Source: Bacteroidales bacterium | GTDB lineage: Bacteria > Bacteroidota > Bacteroidia > Bacteroidales > ML635J-15 | NCBI GenBank assembly: GCA_003249955.1 | Contig: QKHS01000018.1 | Location: forward strand, 20,912 to 84,911 | DNA length: 64,000 nucleotides | Direction: 5' to 3' | Shown here: in pieces, positions 36,378 through 45,505 of the stretch | Layout: each line of letters starts with the position of its first letter | Numbering within the stretch: the stretch's first letter is position 1 | Notes under the pieces: generated by a model | The model's database searches: none | Seen by the model: the letters and a program-made list of their open reading frames with translations, nothing else | What the model was told of the DNA's origin: nothing | Translations under genes and position numbers: made by a program

Positions 36378-37073
36378 ATGAAAATTACTGGTGTTATTGT
36401 AGAAGACGAGGAATCTTCGGTAAAAATTCTGGAACATTATCTTTCCAAATACGATAAAATTTCCATATCAGGAGTATTTTCAAACGCAGTTGATGCCAGA
36501 ATTTTTCTATTAACAAATAATATTGATGTTATCTTCCTTGACATTGACTTGCCGGATATGAGCGGATTCGAATTACTTCGTTCGTTAAGCTATAAACCAA
36601 TGATTATTTTTACGACATCCCATCGTGATTTTGCTTTAAAAAGCTTTAATTACAATGTTGTGGACTATCTGGTTAAACCTCTTTCAAGAAATAACCTCGA
36701 AAGAGCAATTGTAAAGTTGTTTAATCGATTCTCTACAATGCTAACTGACGACCATTCTGAAAACCACCATTCTGTTATTCGTTTAACAATCAACAATTGC
36801 GAAGAAAACATATCAACTGATACCATAAGATACATACAGAGTTATGGAAATTACGTTAAAATCTTTGAATCTTTTTCTTACCGTTTAGCATCTTCAACAA
36901 CTCATGGTATTTTGAAGCTTCTTCCTAAAAAGAAATTCTTAAGAATACACAAATCATATATTGTAAATATGGACTTTATTGTCTCAGTTAACAAGTCAGA
37001 CGTTATTCTTACCGGAGGCGATGTATTACCGATAGGAGTATCTTATAAAAAATATCTGGATTCAAACTATTAG
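36378..37073 (+). CDS. LytTR-family two-component response regulator (orphan)
   Basis: Receiver domain (VIVEDEE, FLDIDLPDMSG, DYLVKP) plus a C-terminal LytTR DNA-binding domain (IRYIQSYGNYVKI...FLRIHKSYIVN). There is no adjacent histidine kinase. Confidence 0.85.
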   Translation: MKITGVIVEDEESSVKILEHYLSKYDKISISGVFSNAVDARIFLLTNNIDVIFLDIDLPDMSGFELLRSLSYKPMIIFTTSHRDFALKSFNYNVVDYLVKPLSRNNLERAIVKLFNRFSTMLTDDHSENHHSVIRLTINNCEENISTDTIRYIQSYGNYVKIFESFSYRLASSTTHGILKLLPKKKFLRIHKSYIVNMDFIVSVNKSDVILTGGDVLPIGVSYKKYLDSNY

Positions 37074-37517
37074 TAAATCCTCTAAAAACATCTTTATAAC
37101 ATAACTCAGGTAATACTTACTTTCCCCTGAGAATCAATGATTTCAATCTCTCCATTATTCTTTTTTACGAGACCACAACAGAACTGCACTTTCAATTCAG
37201 AATCTTTTCATCCGTTTGTATCAACAGTTTTGCCACTAAGTTAACATCAAAATTTTTCTGGTTTGGCTATTCAATCCCAATACAGATATCAATGCATTGT
37301 CCCCACTCATGCCGCACCTTATTGTAGCTAATAATTATGAGATTGTCACACTCTTTACTTACTATAATATATTTTATCTGTTTGCTCAAGTAACAATTTT
37401 ACTGAATAAACATTAATCGGTAAAACCTTTTTAATCAAACAGCGTATCACAACAATACAATAACATAAATTTCCGTTTATAATAAAGTTCTGTTTATTCA
37501 ACCTCAATAATTCTGAA

Positions 37518-38222
37518 ATGAAAACTTATTTTACCGTTTTTGCAATCTTTTGGGTCTTATTTCCATTTGCAAACAATATGCTTGCTCAGGAAAACAACCA
37601 AAGTGAAAAAGCCCTGATAGAAGGAATAATTACTGATTTTAATAAGAAAATCAAAGTCGGTGAAGTTATTGTTTTTGAAAACACAAAGACTAAAGAGTCT
37701 GTCGAAGTTATAAGTGATGATATGGGGAAATTTTCAGCCGGACTTCCCTACTCACAAAATTATCTGATTAAAGTCAAAGGATTTAATGAAGAGCAGGATT
37801 ATACCGAGTTCAGCATTCCTGCATTAGGGCCTGATCAGACCGGTTTATTCTTCAACATTGATATAATGATAGAACTTCCTGTAACTTTTACTCTTGACAA
37901 TGTATATTTTGACACCGGAAAAGCCAGCCTTAAACAGGAATCTTACACGGAATTAAACAAACTACTTGAGTTTATGAAGACTCATAAGTTAACTGTAATT
38001 GAAATTGCAGGGCATACAGACAATGTAGGAGAAGACGCTGACAACCTGATACTTTCTCAGCAAAGAGCCGATGCTGTAAGAAATTTTCTGGTTACTCACG
38101 GTATTGAAGCAAAAAGAGTAAGTGCCAAAGGATATGGTGAAAGACAACCGGTTGCCACAAACGATACTGCCGAAGGAAGGCAAACCAACAGAAGAACTGA
38201 AGTCAGAATAATTTCAGATTAG
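37518..38222 (+). CDS. OmpA-domain protein with N-terminal carboxypeptidase-regulatory-like domain
   Basis: Signal peptide, LIEGIITDFNKKIKVGEVIVFEN (CarboxypepD_reg-like) and a C-terminal AGHTDNVGEDADNLILSQQRADAV...NRRTEVRI. Confidence 0.8.
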   Translation: MKTYFTVFAIFWVLFPFANNMLAQENNQSEKALIEGIITDFNKKIKVGEVIVFENTKTKESVEVISDDMGKFSAGLPYSQNYLIKVKGFNEEQDYTEFSIPALGPDQTGLFFNIDIMIELPVTFTLDNVYFDTGKASLKQESYTELNKLLEFMKTHKLTVIEIAGHTDNVGEDADNLILSQQRADAVRNFLVTHGIEAKRVSAKGYGERQPVATNDTAEGRQTNRRTEVRIISD

Positions 38223-38255
38223 CACTGAATTTAATTTTGCAGACAAATCATATAA

Positions 38256-39029
38256 TTATTCCCAAACCCAAATTGTTTTTGCTGTTGCCAAAAGAGTTCC
38301 GTGTTCTTTTTCGGTAACTGTATGTACTAATTCTGTCGGTGAAATAATTTTACATTCCGATTCAACATGCCGGTTATAAACTGTCTCTTTAAGAAAAGTA
38401 CCCTGAATCCCTTCCAGCCGGGCTTTATTATAAAATTCATCGGGAATAGACTCCATAAGCCATTGCATATAGCGTACATTATTGACATGATTATTTGAAT
38501 CTATATCAAAGCGCTGCACAGCAAAACTCTTCCCTGAATCAGGGTTTTCAATCTTATTTTTATACGGGACTATTTCACAATCTATAGCAATTTCGTTCCT
38601 TAAAGGCCATTGTTCGTAATAAATTTTATCAACAGGTATTGGTTTTCTCTTTTCGAGATCGAAATAAAGCCATAGCCCGCGATAACCACCATAGACTTCC
38701 CCGCCTTCGGATAAAATTCTGTATTCTCTGTACCCCATAAAGCCTTTAAACATAGAAATCCACGTTACAACCTTAATCTTTTCTCTATAGCGTGGATACT
38801 GTTTCATGTGATAACAGCCGGCATATAACACCCAGCCTATTCCGTCTTTTTGCAAATCATAAACATTTTTCCCTATATATGCACAGTGATCTGCAGCCGT
38901 TTCTTCGACCAGATTCAATACTGCAACAGGTGTTGCTTCCTGACGGTCGTTGACATCCTTATAACGGATTTCATATTCTTTGACAAATAAAGGGACATTA
39001 TTTTCCTGCATTTTATTTAAGCTTTTCAT
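38256..39029 (-). CDS. acyl-ACP thioesterase (double hot-dog, FatA/B-like)
   Basis: About 250 aa. The N-terminus has F.KEYEIRYKDVNDRQEATPVAVLNLVEETAADH, and the second hot-dog has FAVQRFDIDSNNHVNNVRYMQW. The start could instead be Met7 (39011). Confidence 0.65.
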   Translation of the reverse strand: MKSLNKMQENNVPLFVKEYEIRYKDVNDRQEATPVAVLNLVEETAADHCAYIGKNVYDLQKDGIGWVLYAGCYHMKQYPRYREKIKVVTWISMFKGFMGYREYRILSEGGEVYGGYRGLWLYFDLEKRKPIPVDKIYYEQWPLRNEIAIDCEIVPYKNKIENPDSGKSFAVQRFDIDSNNHVNNVRYMQWLMESIPDEFYNKARLEGIQGTFLKETVYNRHVESECKIISPTELVHTVTEKEHGTLLATAKTIWVWE

Positions 39030-39258
39030 TCATAAACATGCTTCTAACGAAAAAATTGCTTAAAGGGTTTATATAAAATGAATTATTCATAAACCTCACG
39101 TATTAAAAAAGTTTTTTCACTTGATAAAGCATTGGTAAGGATTATTTTTTCGGATTTTCTTCCAACTAATTTCATAACACATTCTATTTTATAAGTGGCC
39201 AAAGTCAATATTATTTTCTAAACTTTGGCCACATATAAAATATTTTTATTTCTGCATA

Positions 39259-40002
39259 TCACTTAAACCACTTCAAAAATTCCTCTTTATATCCGGGAGA
39301 AATATAGATTTCTTTTTTGTCGTGTAAAACCACATATCCTCCCATGCTACGGTTAAATGATGTTACAAAATTTATATTGATGACATGAGATTTGTGAACT
39401 CTTACAAACGGGTAAGGTAAAATTTCGGCATAATGTTTTAAAAAGCGGCAAGCCATTTTCTTACGGCCATCACTGAGAAAAATATCTGTAAAGTTTCCGT
39501 TCCCCTGCAGACGAACAATTTCTTCCATTTTTATAAGTTCAAAACCTTCAACTGTCGGGACAATCACTTGTCGCTTCTCCGGTTGTTGCTCCCGGAAATT
39601 TTCAATAACAATTTTATTGCGGTCAAAAATCTCGTTCTTAAAAATGTGTTCCTGCACTTTGTTAACGGCAATGATAAGTTCTTCTATGCTTACAGGTTTA
39701 AGAAGATAATATGCTGCACTCTGGTTAAGAGCCTTTAGGGAGTATTCGGAAAATGCCGTGACAAAAATGGTTTCAAAATACAAATCCTTGCATGATTCAA
39801 GAATATCGAAAGCATTGCCAAAAGGCAGCTCAACATCCAGAAAAACCAATTGTGGTTTTAATCCGTGCAGCAACGGAACTGCCTGACGGGCATCTGCCGC
39901 CTCTCCCGCCACTTCAACCTGAGGACAATACTTGCTTAGATATGACTTTAGTGCTTCTCTTGCCGAAAGTTCATCCTCTACTATCACACTTTTTATTTTC
40001 AT
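39259..40002 (-). CDS. LytTR-family two-component response regulator (orphan)
   Basis: Receiver domain (VIVEDEL, FLDVELPFGNA, YYLLKP) plus LytTR domain (IVRLQGNGNFTDI...FVRVHKSHVIN). There is no adjacent histidine kinase. Confidence 0.85.
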   Translation of the reverse strand: MKIKSVIVEDELSAREALKSYLSKYCPQVEVAGEAADARQAVPLLHGLKPQLVFLDVELPFGNAFDILESCKDLYFETIFVTAFSEYSLKALNQSAAYYLLKPVSIEELIIAVNKVQEHIFKNEIFDRNKIVIENFREQQPEKRQVIVPTVEGFELIKMEEIVRLQGNGNFTDIFLSDGRKKMACRFLKHYAEILPYPFVRVHKSHVININFVTSFNRSMGGYVVLHDKKEIYISPGYKEEFLKWFK

Positions 40003-40085
40003 ATTTTAAGTTTCTGACTTAAAACTAATTTCGTTAAATGCAGTTTGGACTCAGATACAAATTTACAAAAAACCTGTCAATTATT

Positions 40086-41063
40086 TTATTCGGGAGTTTT
40101 ATTCCGACAGAAAGTCCAGTCATCCCAATATATTTCAAGATTTTTCCCGTTGTCTTTCATATAATTTATCAAATCATCCGAGGTGTAAAACTTCAGAGGA
40201 TTCATATCTGTATAGCCATCGGGATACTTTTCGCGCGGGTGCTGAGTAGTATTATAAACATCAAACACAACGTGTTTTTCGCCGTTTTCGGGAGTTACAG
40301 CCATGTAAAAACGGCCATTATCTTTGTCTCCTTCTTTAAGATAAAGCTCTATTTCCATCCATGTCCCGAACGGCACAGAGAAATCATCAGCAAGTTCGTA
40401 CCATACCGGGTCCCAATCTCCAAGACGAATATCCCTGTCTCCTTTTGCAGCGAAATACATATTATCGACAGGTCCGTTCTCATTCTTTACCAGATTTACA
40501 GTTACCCTGAACGGATTTCTTTCTCCGTTCCAGTTCGCGTTATTCCAGAATTCAAATAGTGAAAGCCAATGTACCTGTTCTTCCCATTCTTTAAGAAATG
40601 CCATGTCGGGATGTAAATAAAGTCTTACAGTTTGATAATATTCTTTAATGCACTGATTTCCTGAAAGATTTACCTGCACACGTCCTTTTTTATGTGCTGC
40701 TTCACGAATATGGGGCTCAATTATCTTAAACTTTAATACTTTATTGCCGGAATCTTCCGGGTCATTACAAATTTCAGCATAGCGCTGAGACTTTTCTCCA
40801 TCTTCGTAACTTATCTCACAGTTCCCTATATACGGATTCTCATCAAGAAGTTCCCAACTGTTTGATTCTGTAAAAACAGTATCTGTCCCTGAAAACTTTT
40901 CATAACTGTATTTTGTATTTTCAGTAAGTGTGCAATTGTTAAACCCTGTATGAAAAATCAGCTCCTCTGTATCATCGCATTCTTTTCCCCAATTCACACT
41001 TTTTTTACAAGAGAAAAAAAACAGTATCAAAAAAATTATGCCTGCAAATTTCAAAATATTCAT
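40086..41063 (-). CDS. secreted lipoprotein, possibly a concanavalin-like polysaccharide-lyase fold
   Basis: Lipobox FFFSCKKS. The HWLSLFEFWNN...FRVTVNLV...GTWMEIELYLKEG pattern is reminiscent of the PF14099-type lyase jelly-roll. This assignment is weak. Confidence 0.3.
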   Translation of the reverse strand: MNILKFAGIIFLILFFFSCKKSVNWGKECDDTEELIFHTGFNNCTLTENTKYSYEKFSGTDTVFTESNSWELLDENPYIGNCEISYEDGEKSQRYAEICNDPEDSGNKVLKFKIIEPHIREAAHKKGRVQVNLSGNQCIKEYYQTVRLYLHPDMAFLKEWEEQVHWLSLFEFWNNANWNGERNPFRVTVNLVKNENGPVDNMYFAAKGDRDIRLGDWDPVWYELADDFSVPFGTWMEIELYLKEGDKDNGRFYMAVTPENGEKHVVFDVYNTTQHPREKYPDGYTDMNPLKFYTSDDLINYMKDNGKNLEIYWDDWTFCRNKTPE

Positions 41064-41430
41064 AAATCAATTTAGTATTAAAACTCAAAAATAAGATTTT
41101 TATGTGAGTCCTTTAAATTATTTAGGCTTCAGAAAGATTTTGACACAGAATTCGTCAGTCAAAGGCTGAAGCAAATTCAGCGCCAAAGCCGGGATCAGAT
41201 TAGTTTGTTTTTATAAACACGGGTTTCACCAGCGGTTGTTGATATTGAATCCCTTCGTGATTTTGAAACACACATACAGCTTAAAGTTTAGCCTTCAGTT
41301 ATAATATAATCTTATCTTATTGCTGAAATAATTACAGATTCTTTTAATTTTAAGTGCCTCATTTTTAGCCTTCTGCATCAGACTTAACAATTCATTAATG
41401 CCGTCAGTTTTTTTGTTCGGTTTAAAATTG

Positions 41431-41438
41431 TACTTTTG
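41431..41438 (+). promoter_or_regulatory. candidate -7 box (TACTTTTG) with upstream TTTG (41412-41415) for the arginine deiminase gene
   Basis: TAnnTTTG match 19 nt upstream of the ATG at 41458. It lies inside the longer track ORF, which supports the shorter start. Confidence 0.5.
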
Positions 41439-41457
41439 CGCCCTGAAAAAAACAGTT

Positions 41458-42720
41458 ATGACATCAAATGCTTTAAATATTAATCTTAATTCAGAGATTG
41501 GGAAACTTAAAGGAGTAATATTACACACACCGGGAGCTGAGGTTCAGAATATGACTCCCGAAAATGCAGAAAGAGCATTGTACAGCGATATTCTGAACCT
41601 GCACGTAGCACAGCAGGAATACAGCCAGCTATCTAATCTTCTCGGAAAACTCACCCGTACATATCAGGTTAAGGACTTACTTGAGGATATTTTGCAAAAC
41701 AGTAAGGTAAGAGAAACTCTGGTCGAAAAAATATGCAGAAACGAAAATGTTGAGAACTATCGTGACATTCTGGATAATCTGGACAATGAGGAGCTTGCAC
41801 GCCAGTTAATAGAGGGCGTTTTACTAAAAAAAGACACTCTTACCGATTTTTTAAGCAAACGTAGATATATGCTTAAACCTTTGCATAATTTTTTCTTTAC
41901 CCGTGATGCTTCAATTGCCATAAACGACAAAGTCCTTATTGCAAAAATGGCAAACAGGGTAAGGGAAAGGGAATCGATTATTATGCAGTCTATTTTTGAT
42001 TTTCATCCGGCGTTTGCAACTACAACAGTAAATCCTGTAGAGGAAAACAAGCTGAATCCGGCAATTACAATTGAAGGAGGCGACGTTCTGGTTGCAAGAG
42101 AAGATGTTCTACTTATAGGCATAGGTAGCAGAACTACATCTCAGGGAGTTGATTTCATTCTTCACAGGCTGATGGAAAGAAAGGAAAATATGCATATAAT
42201 AGTACAGGAATTGCCACAAACTCCTGAATCATTTATCCATCTTGACATGGTATTTACTTTCCTTGACAAAGATAAATGCATGGTTTACGAACCGGTAATA
42301 ACCAGACCTAACAGGTTCCAGACAGTACATATAAGTGTTCAGAACGGTAAAGTTAAAATTGAAGAGAGAGAAAATATTCTGGTTGCACTAAAAAATCTTG
42401 GATTTGACCTTGAGCCTGTAATTTGCGGCGGAACTCTGGATTCATGGAATCAGCAAAGAGAGCAATGGCACAGCGGAGCAAACTTTTTTGCCGTAGCTCC
42501 GGGGAAAGTTATTGGTTACGAAAGAAATGTATATACCATTGATGAACTTAACAAACACGGCTTTGAGGTAATTAAAGCGAAAGATGTTATTGATGATAAA
42601 ATAAATCCTGACGATTATCAGAAATGTGTTATCAGCATCGAAGGGTCTGAACTGTCACGGGGTGGCGGCGGAGCAAGATGTATGACTATGCCAGTTTGCA
42701 GGGAACAGGTTGAGTGGTAA
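41458..42720 (+). CDS. arcA: arginine deiminase family enzyme
   Basis: Contains SEIGKLKGVILHTPG, FFTRDASI, IEGGDVLV, HLDMVFTFLDKDK and C-terminal GGGGARCMTMP (catalytic Cys). I moved the start to Met21. Confidence 0.7.
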   Translation: MTSNALNINLNSEIGKLKGVILHTPGAEVQNMTPENAERALYSDILNLHVAQQEYSQLSNLLGKLTRTYQVKDLLEDILQNSKVRETLVEKICRNENVENYRDILDNLDNEELARQLIEGVLLKKDTLTDFLSKRRYMLKPLHNFFFTRDASIAINDKVLIAKMANRVRERESIIMQSIFDFHPAFATTTVNPVEENKLNPAITIEGGDVLVAREDVLLIGIGSRTTSQGVDFILHRLMERKENMHIIVQELPQTPESFIHLDMVFTFLDKDKCMVYEPVITRPNRFQTVHISVQNGKVKIEERENILVALKNLGFDLEPVICGGTLDSWNQQREQWHSGANFFAVAPGKVIGYERNVYTIDELNKHGFEVIKAKDVIDDKINPDDYQKCVISIEGSELSRGGGGARCMTMPVCREQVEW

Positions 42721-42778
42721 AAAAGGATGGAACTTTGGTTAGGCTGAGTAAGCGGAGAAGGGAGAAAGTAGGAAGGAA

Positions 42779-43048
42779 GAATATTCAATATCCAATATCC
42801 AGCACTCAATAAAGTGGGAAGGCAGAAAGAAGGAAGAAGAAAGAATATCCAAGGCTCAACATTTAACACTCAAAAAAGATGGAAGACCGTGGCTGACGCA
42901 CATCTTTTTAGCAGAATTTTAAATTTACTGTCCTTACTTAATAATACCAGTACTCTGAACATTTGAATGAAATAATAAAGAATATTCAATTTTCAATATC
43001 CAACACTCAATAAAGACGGAAGACCGGAGACGGAAGTTGACGGAAGAG
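42779..43048. repeat. three direct copies of a ~55-65-bp intergenic unit built from heptamer words
   Basis: The unit is GAATATTCAAT(A/T)T(C/T)CAATATCCA(G/A)CACTCAATAAAG..GGAAG.... Copies start at about 42779, about 42843 (degenerate) and about 42980. Each tail is made of GGAAGAC/GGAGAC-type words. Confidence 0.7.
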
Positions 43049-43058
43049 TTATTTTTTG

Positions 43059-44120
43059 TTAAATACAGGTGGCATGGTCTCTGTAAAACTTTCGGGATAG
43101 GATTTTCTCATTGCTTCTCTGATTCCTTGCCAGACATCTTCTCCCCCGGAGAACCCCAACTCCGGAGAACCCCAACTCATCAAAGTTCAGTTTTTGGCGT
43201 GCTTCTGAGGGGTCAATAAATAAGTCTTCGGATAAAATGCCGGTCATAATTTTTGCCAGATTAAGCCCGCTTTGCAGACCATGTCTTTTTTCTTTCGCCA
43301 TCAAAAACAGTCCTGCTGTATAACCTATAAATGCAGGCATTTTTATAAATTTTTTCGGGAACCCTGCACATGCCATCATATATTTAATCATGTCCCGGTA
43401 TTTAAGATTTATATGAGCTACGGGATATTTTTCTCCGTTAACACCGTTATATGCTGCTGCAACAATATATTCCGCTACCCCGGTTACATGAATTGCTGCC
43501 GTACCTCCGTCCGGGAAAAAAATTGCAGGTAATTTTTTAAATCTTTCTGTAAATACATTTTTCCAGATAGGAATACGCCCCGGCATTTCTCCAAAAATAT
43601 ACGGCAGTTCTGCTATCATCACATCAAAAACTCCGTCAGCACCGATTGCCGTGATTGCTTCTGCCTGTTCTTTACGACACTTTATATACGGATGCACTCC
43701 TGACAATTTACCGTTTTTAATTCTGTCGAAATATGCAAAATATGAGTTCATGACAACACAACGCTTTATCCCGGCTTTCTTTGCCGCACTGCATATCTTA
43801 AGACTTTGCACTACTAACTTTTCATGAAAGAATTCATAAGCCGGAGCTTTGGGAGTAATCCTGTCATCGGGACCAAGCCCGTAAATAAATGTGTCGTAAT
43901 TTTTCCCTTCCAGCAGTTTAGCAATTTCATTTTCGGACATCGAAAACAAATCTCCATAAGATTTTGTAATCTCCCGCGGGAACCACTGGTCTTCATTAAT
44001 TCCTTCGTCCAATGCAATAGTTGAAACAGACACGCCATGTTTTAAAAACAATAATGCCGAGTAATAACCCAAAAATCCGGTTCCGCCGGCAATAAATACA
44101 TTTTTTACTTCGTGCCTCAT
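43059..44120 (-). CDS. NAD(P)-dependent epimerase/dehydratase-family SDR
   Basis: Contains VFIAGGTGFLGYY, a Rossmann GxxGxxG motif. Its start overlaps the upstream gene stop by 4 nt. Confidence 0.75.
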   Translation of the reverse strand: MRHEVKNVFIAGGTGFLGYYSALLFLKHGVSVSTIALDEGINEDQWFPREITKSYGDLFSMSENEIAKLLEGKNYDTFIYGLGPDDRITPKAPAYEFFHEKLVVQSLKICSAAKKAGIKRCVVMNSYFAYFDRIKNGKLSGVHPYIKCRKEQAEAITAIGADGVFDVMIAELPYIFGEMPGRIPIWKNVFTERFKKLPAIFFPDGGTAAIHVTGVAEYIVAAAYNGVNGEKYPVAHINLKYRDMIKYMMACAGFPKKFIKMPAFIGYTAGLFLMAKEKRHGLQSGLNLAKIMTGILSEDLFIDPSEARQKLNFDELGFSGVGVLRGRRCLARNQRSNEKILSRKFYRDHATCI

Positions 44121-45148
44121 CTAACCGGCTGTTTTACAAAAAAACGTTCCAACATCTCCGCATGCCCCTTGTGAAAAGCAGTCAACGGCTCGGATTGTTT
44201 TACCAGCCTTTTCTTGATAAAACCTTTCAGGCACATAGTTGCCGTTCTTTGGATTCCTGATACTTTGGCCGCTTCTTTTTTAAAATATGCTTCGAGGCAA
44301 TCACGCCTGAACTTAAGCAGATTCTCCAGATCGTCACCATCGGCATAATAACCGCAGTGAAAATTCTGTTCTGCAAATGATTTTTCAGGAAAGTCAACTT
44401 CTCCCAACCCGAAAATTTTAAATGATCTGGCAAGAAACTCATGATATGTACAGCGGCAATTTTCTCCACCTCCAAGATTAAAGACTTTACCTGACACCTT
44501 TTCTTTATGTGAAATTGCATGAACAAATGCCCTGGCAGTATCTGCCGGAGTACAAATTTCCATTGAAGTAGGTAAAGGCATGTGAAACATAAGTTTGGAT
44601 ATTTTATGCCCTCCCATAATTGCCGTAAGCCTGAAAATACTCCATTCAAGTTTACTGCCTGTAATAATTTCTTCGGCAGCAATCTTTGTTTTCGCATACT
44701 CATCACCTAAACTTGGCAAGATGGGGTCGTTAACATAGATATGCGGATCTTTTAACCTGTCGCCATAAACCGAAATTGAAGAACTGTAAACAAAAAATGC
44801 ATGGGGAGAATATTTTTCCAGATTTCTTACCAGATTTTCTGTCCCCACTGTATTTACATTATGAGCCAGATCCGGTTCCTCATCTGCCAGCGGGGGAATT
44901 ATGGCTGCAATATGAATCACAAAATCTTTGTCGTGGCAGGCTTTTGCTATATCTTCATTTTTAGCAATATCGCCATATACGATATTTATATCTTCTGAGA
45001 ATTTTGAGAATTTTTTACGGATTTTCGAATTATAAATATCAAAAACCGTTATCTCATACTTATCTCTGAGATGATGCAACTGTTTTAAAATTTCGTAACC
45101 TACAGTTCCCGATGCTCCGGTTAATAACACTCTGACTTTTGTATTCAT
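44117..45148 (-). CDS. NAD(P)-dependent epimerase/dehydratase-family SDR
   Basis: Contains VLLTGASGTVGYE and a YAKTK (YxxxK) catalytic motif. Confidence 0.75.
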   Translation of the reverse strand: MNTKVRVLLTGASGTVGYEILKQLHHLRDKYEITVFDIYNSKIRKKFSKFSEDINIVYGDIAKNEDIAKACHDKDFVIHIAAIIPPLADEEPDLAHNVNTVGTENLVRNLEKYSPHAFFVYSSSISVYGDRLKDPHIYVNDPILPSLGDEYAKTKIAAEEIITGSKLEWSIFRLTAIMGGHKISKLMFHMPLPTSMEICTPADTARAFVHAISHKEKVSGKVFNLGGGENCRCTYHEFLARSFKIFGLGEVDFPEKSFAEQNFHCGYYADGDDLENLLKFRRDCLEAYFKKEAAKVSGIQRTATMCLKGFIKKRLVKQSEPLTAFHKGHAEMLERFFVKQPVR

Positions 45149-45237
45149 GATTGTAAATAAATTTCAAATATCGGATTTTTGATTGAAAAAACACAGTTTC
45201 GGACAAATATTTTTAAATAACTGATGATTATCCATAT

Positions 45238-45382
45238 GTGACCTGTGATCTGTAATCTGTGATCTGTAATCTGTAATCTGTGGGTTTTGCATAGTCGCTT
45301 CCGCTTATTGGAATTTAACTTTTGTAAAATAAAGCAGAATCTCAGGGTTAATACAATTTGCAGATTACGAATTACCGATTGC
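45238..45382. repeat. heptamer array (CTGTRAT, about 6 units) with an inverted partner about 80 nt away
   Basis: Positions 45238-45284 read GTGACCTGTGATCTGTAATCTGTGATCTGTAATCTGTAATCTGTGGG. Positions 45361-45382 read CAGATTACGAATTACCGATTGC, the reverse-complement type. Confidence 0.7.
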
Positions 45383-45505
45383 AAAATTATACCAGGGATC
45401 TAAATAGTTACGATTATTCTTTATATTCCGGTATTAGTTTACCATTTCTTAAGTTTCATAACGTTCAATAATAATTAAAAAATGCTTTTATGCGACCATA
45501 GGTTT

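Noticed and set aside
37074-37517. Possible remnant of a histidine kinase or other gene in the 444-bp ORF-free gap
   Set aside because: Hand translation in several frames gave only short fragments with no recognisable kinase (H-box, N/G-box) motifs. I leave it as unexplained non-coding DNA.
39195-39232. Hairpin GTGGCCAAAGT-N16-ACTTTGGCCAC downstream of the second LytTR gene
   Set aside because: The 11-bp stem is real, but the 16-nt loop and the lack of a clear T-run make a terminator call unsafe. I saw no second copy in the window.
40038-40559. 173-aa plus-strand ORF
   Set aside because: It is fully antisense to the well-supported lipoprotein gene 40086-41063 and has a hydrophobic, low-complexity composition.
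42618-43219. ORFs 42618-42869 (minus strand) and 43037-43219 (plus strand) in the arcA/SDR spacer
   Set aside because: Both start with non-ATG codons and read through repeat units. One overlaps the arcA 3' end and the other overlaps the SDR 3' end. Their products are low-complexity.
45145-45384. 79-aa ORF spanning the heptamer array
   Set aside because: It has a TTG start, and the peptide (THRLQITDHRLQITGH) simply mirrors the 7-nt repeats. There is no coding signature.
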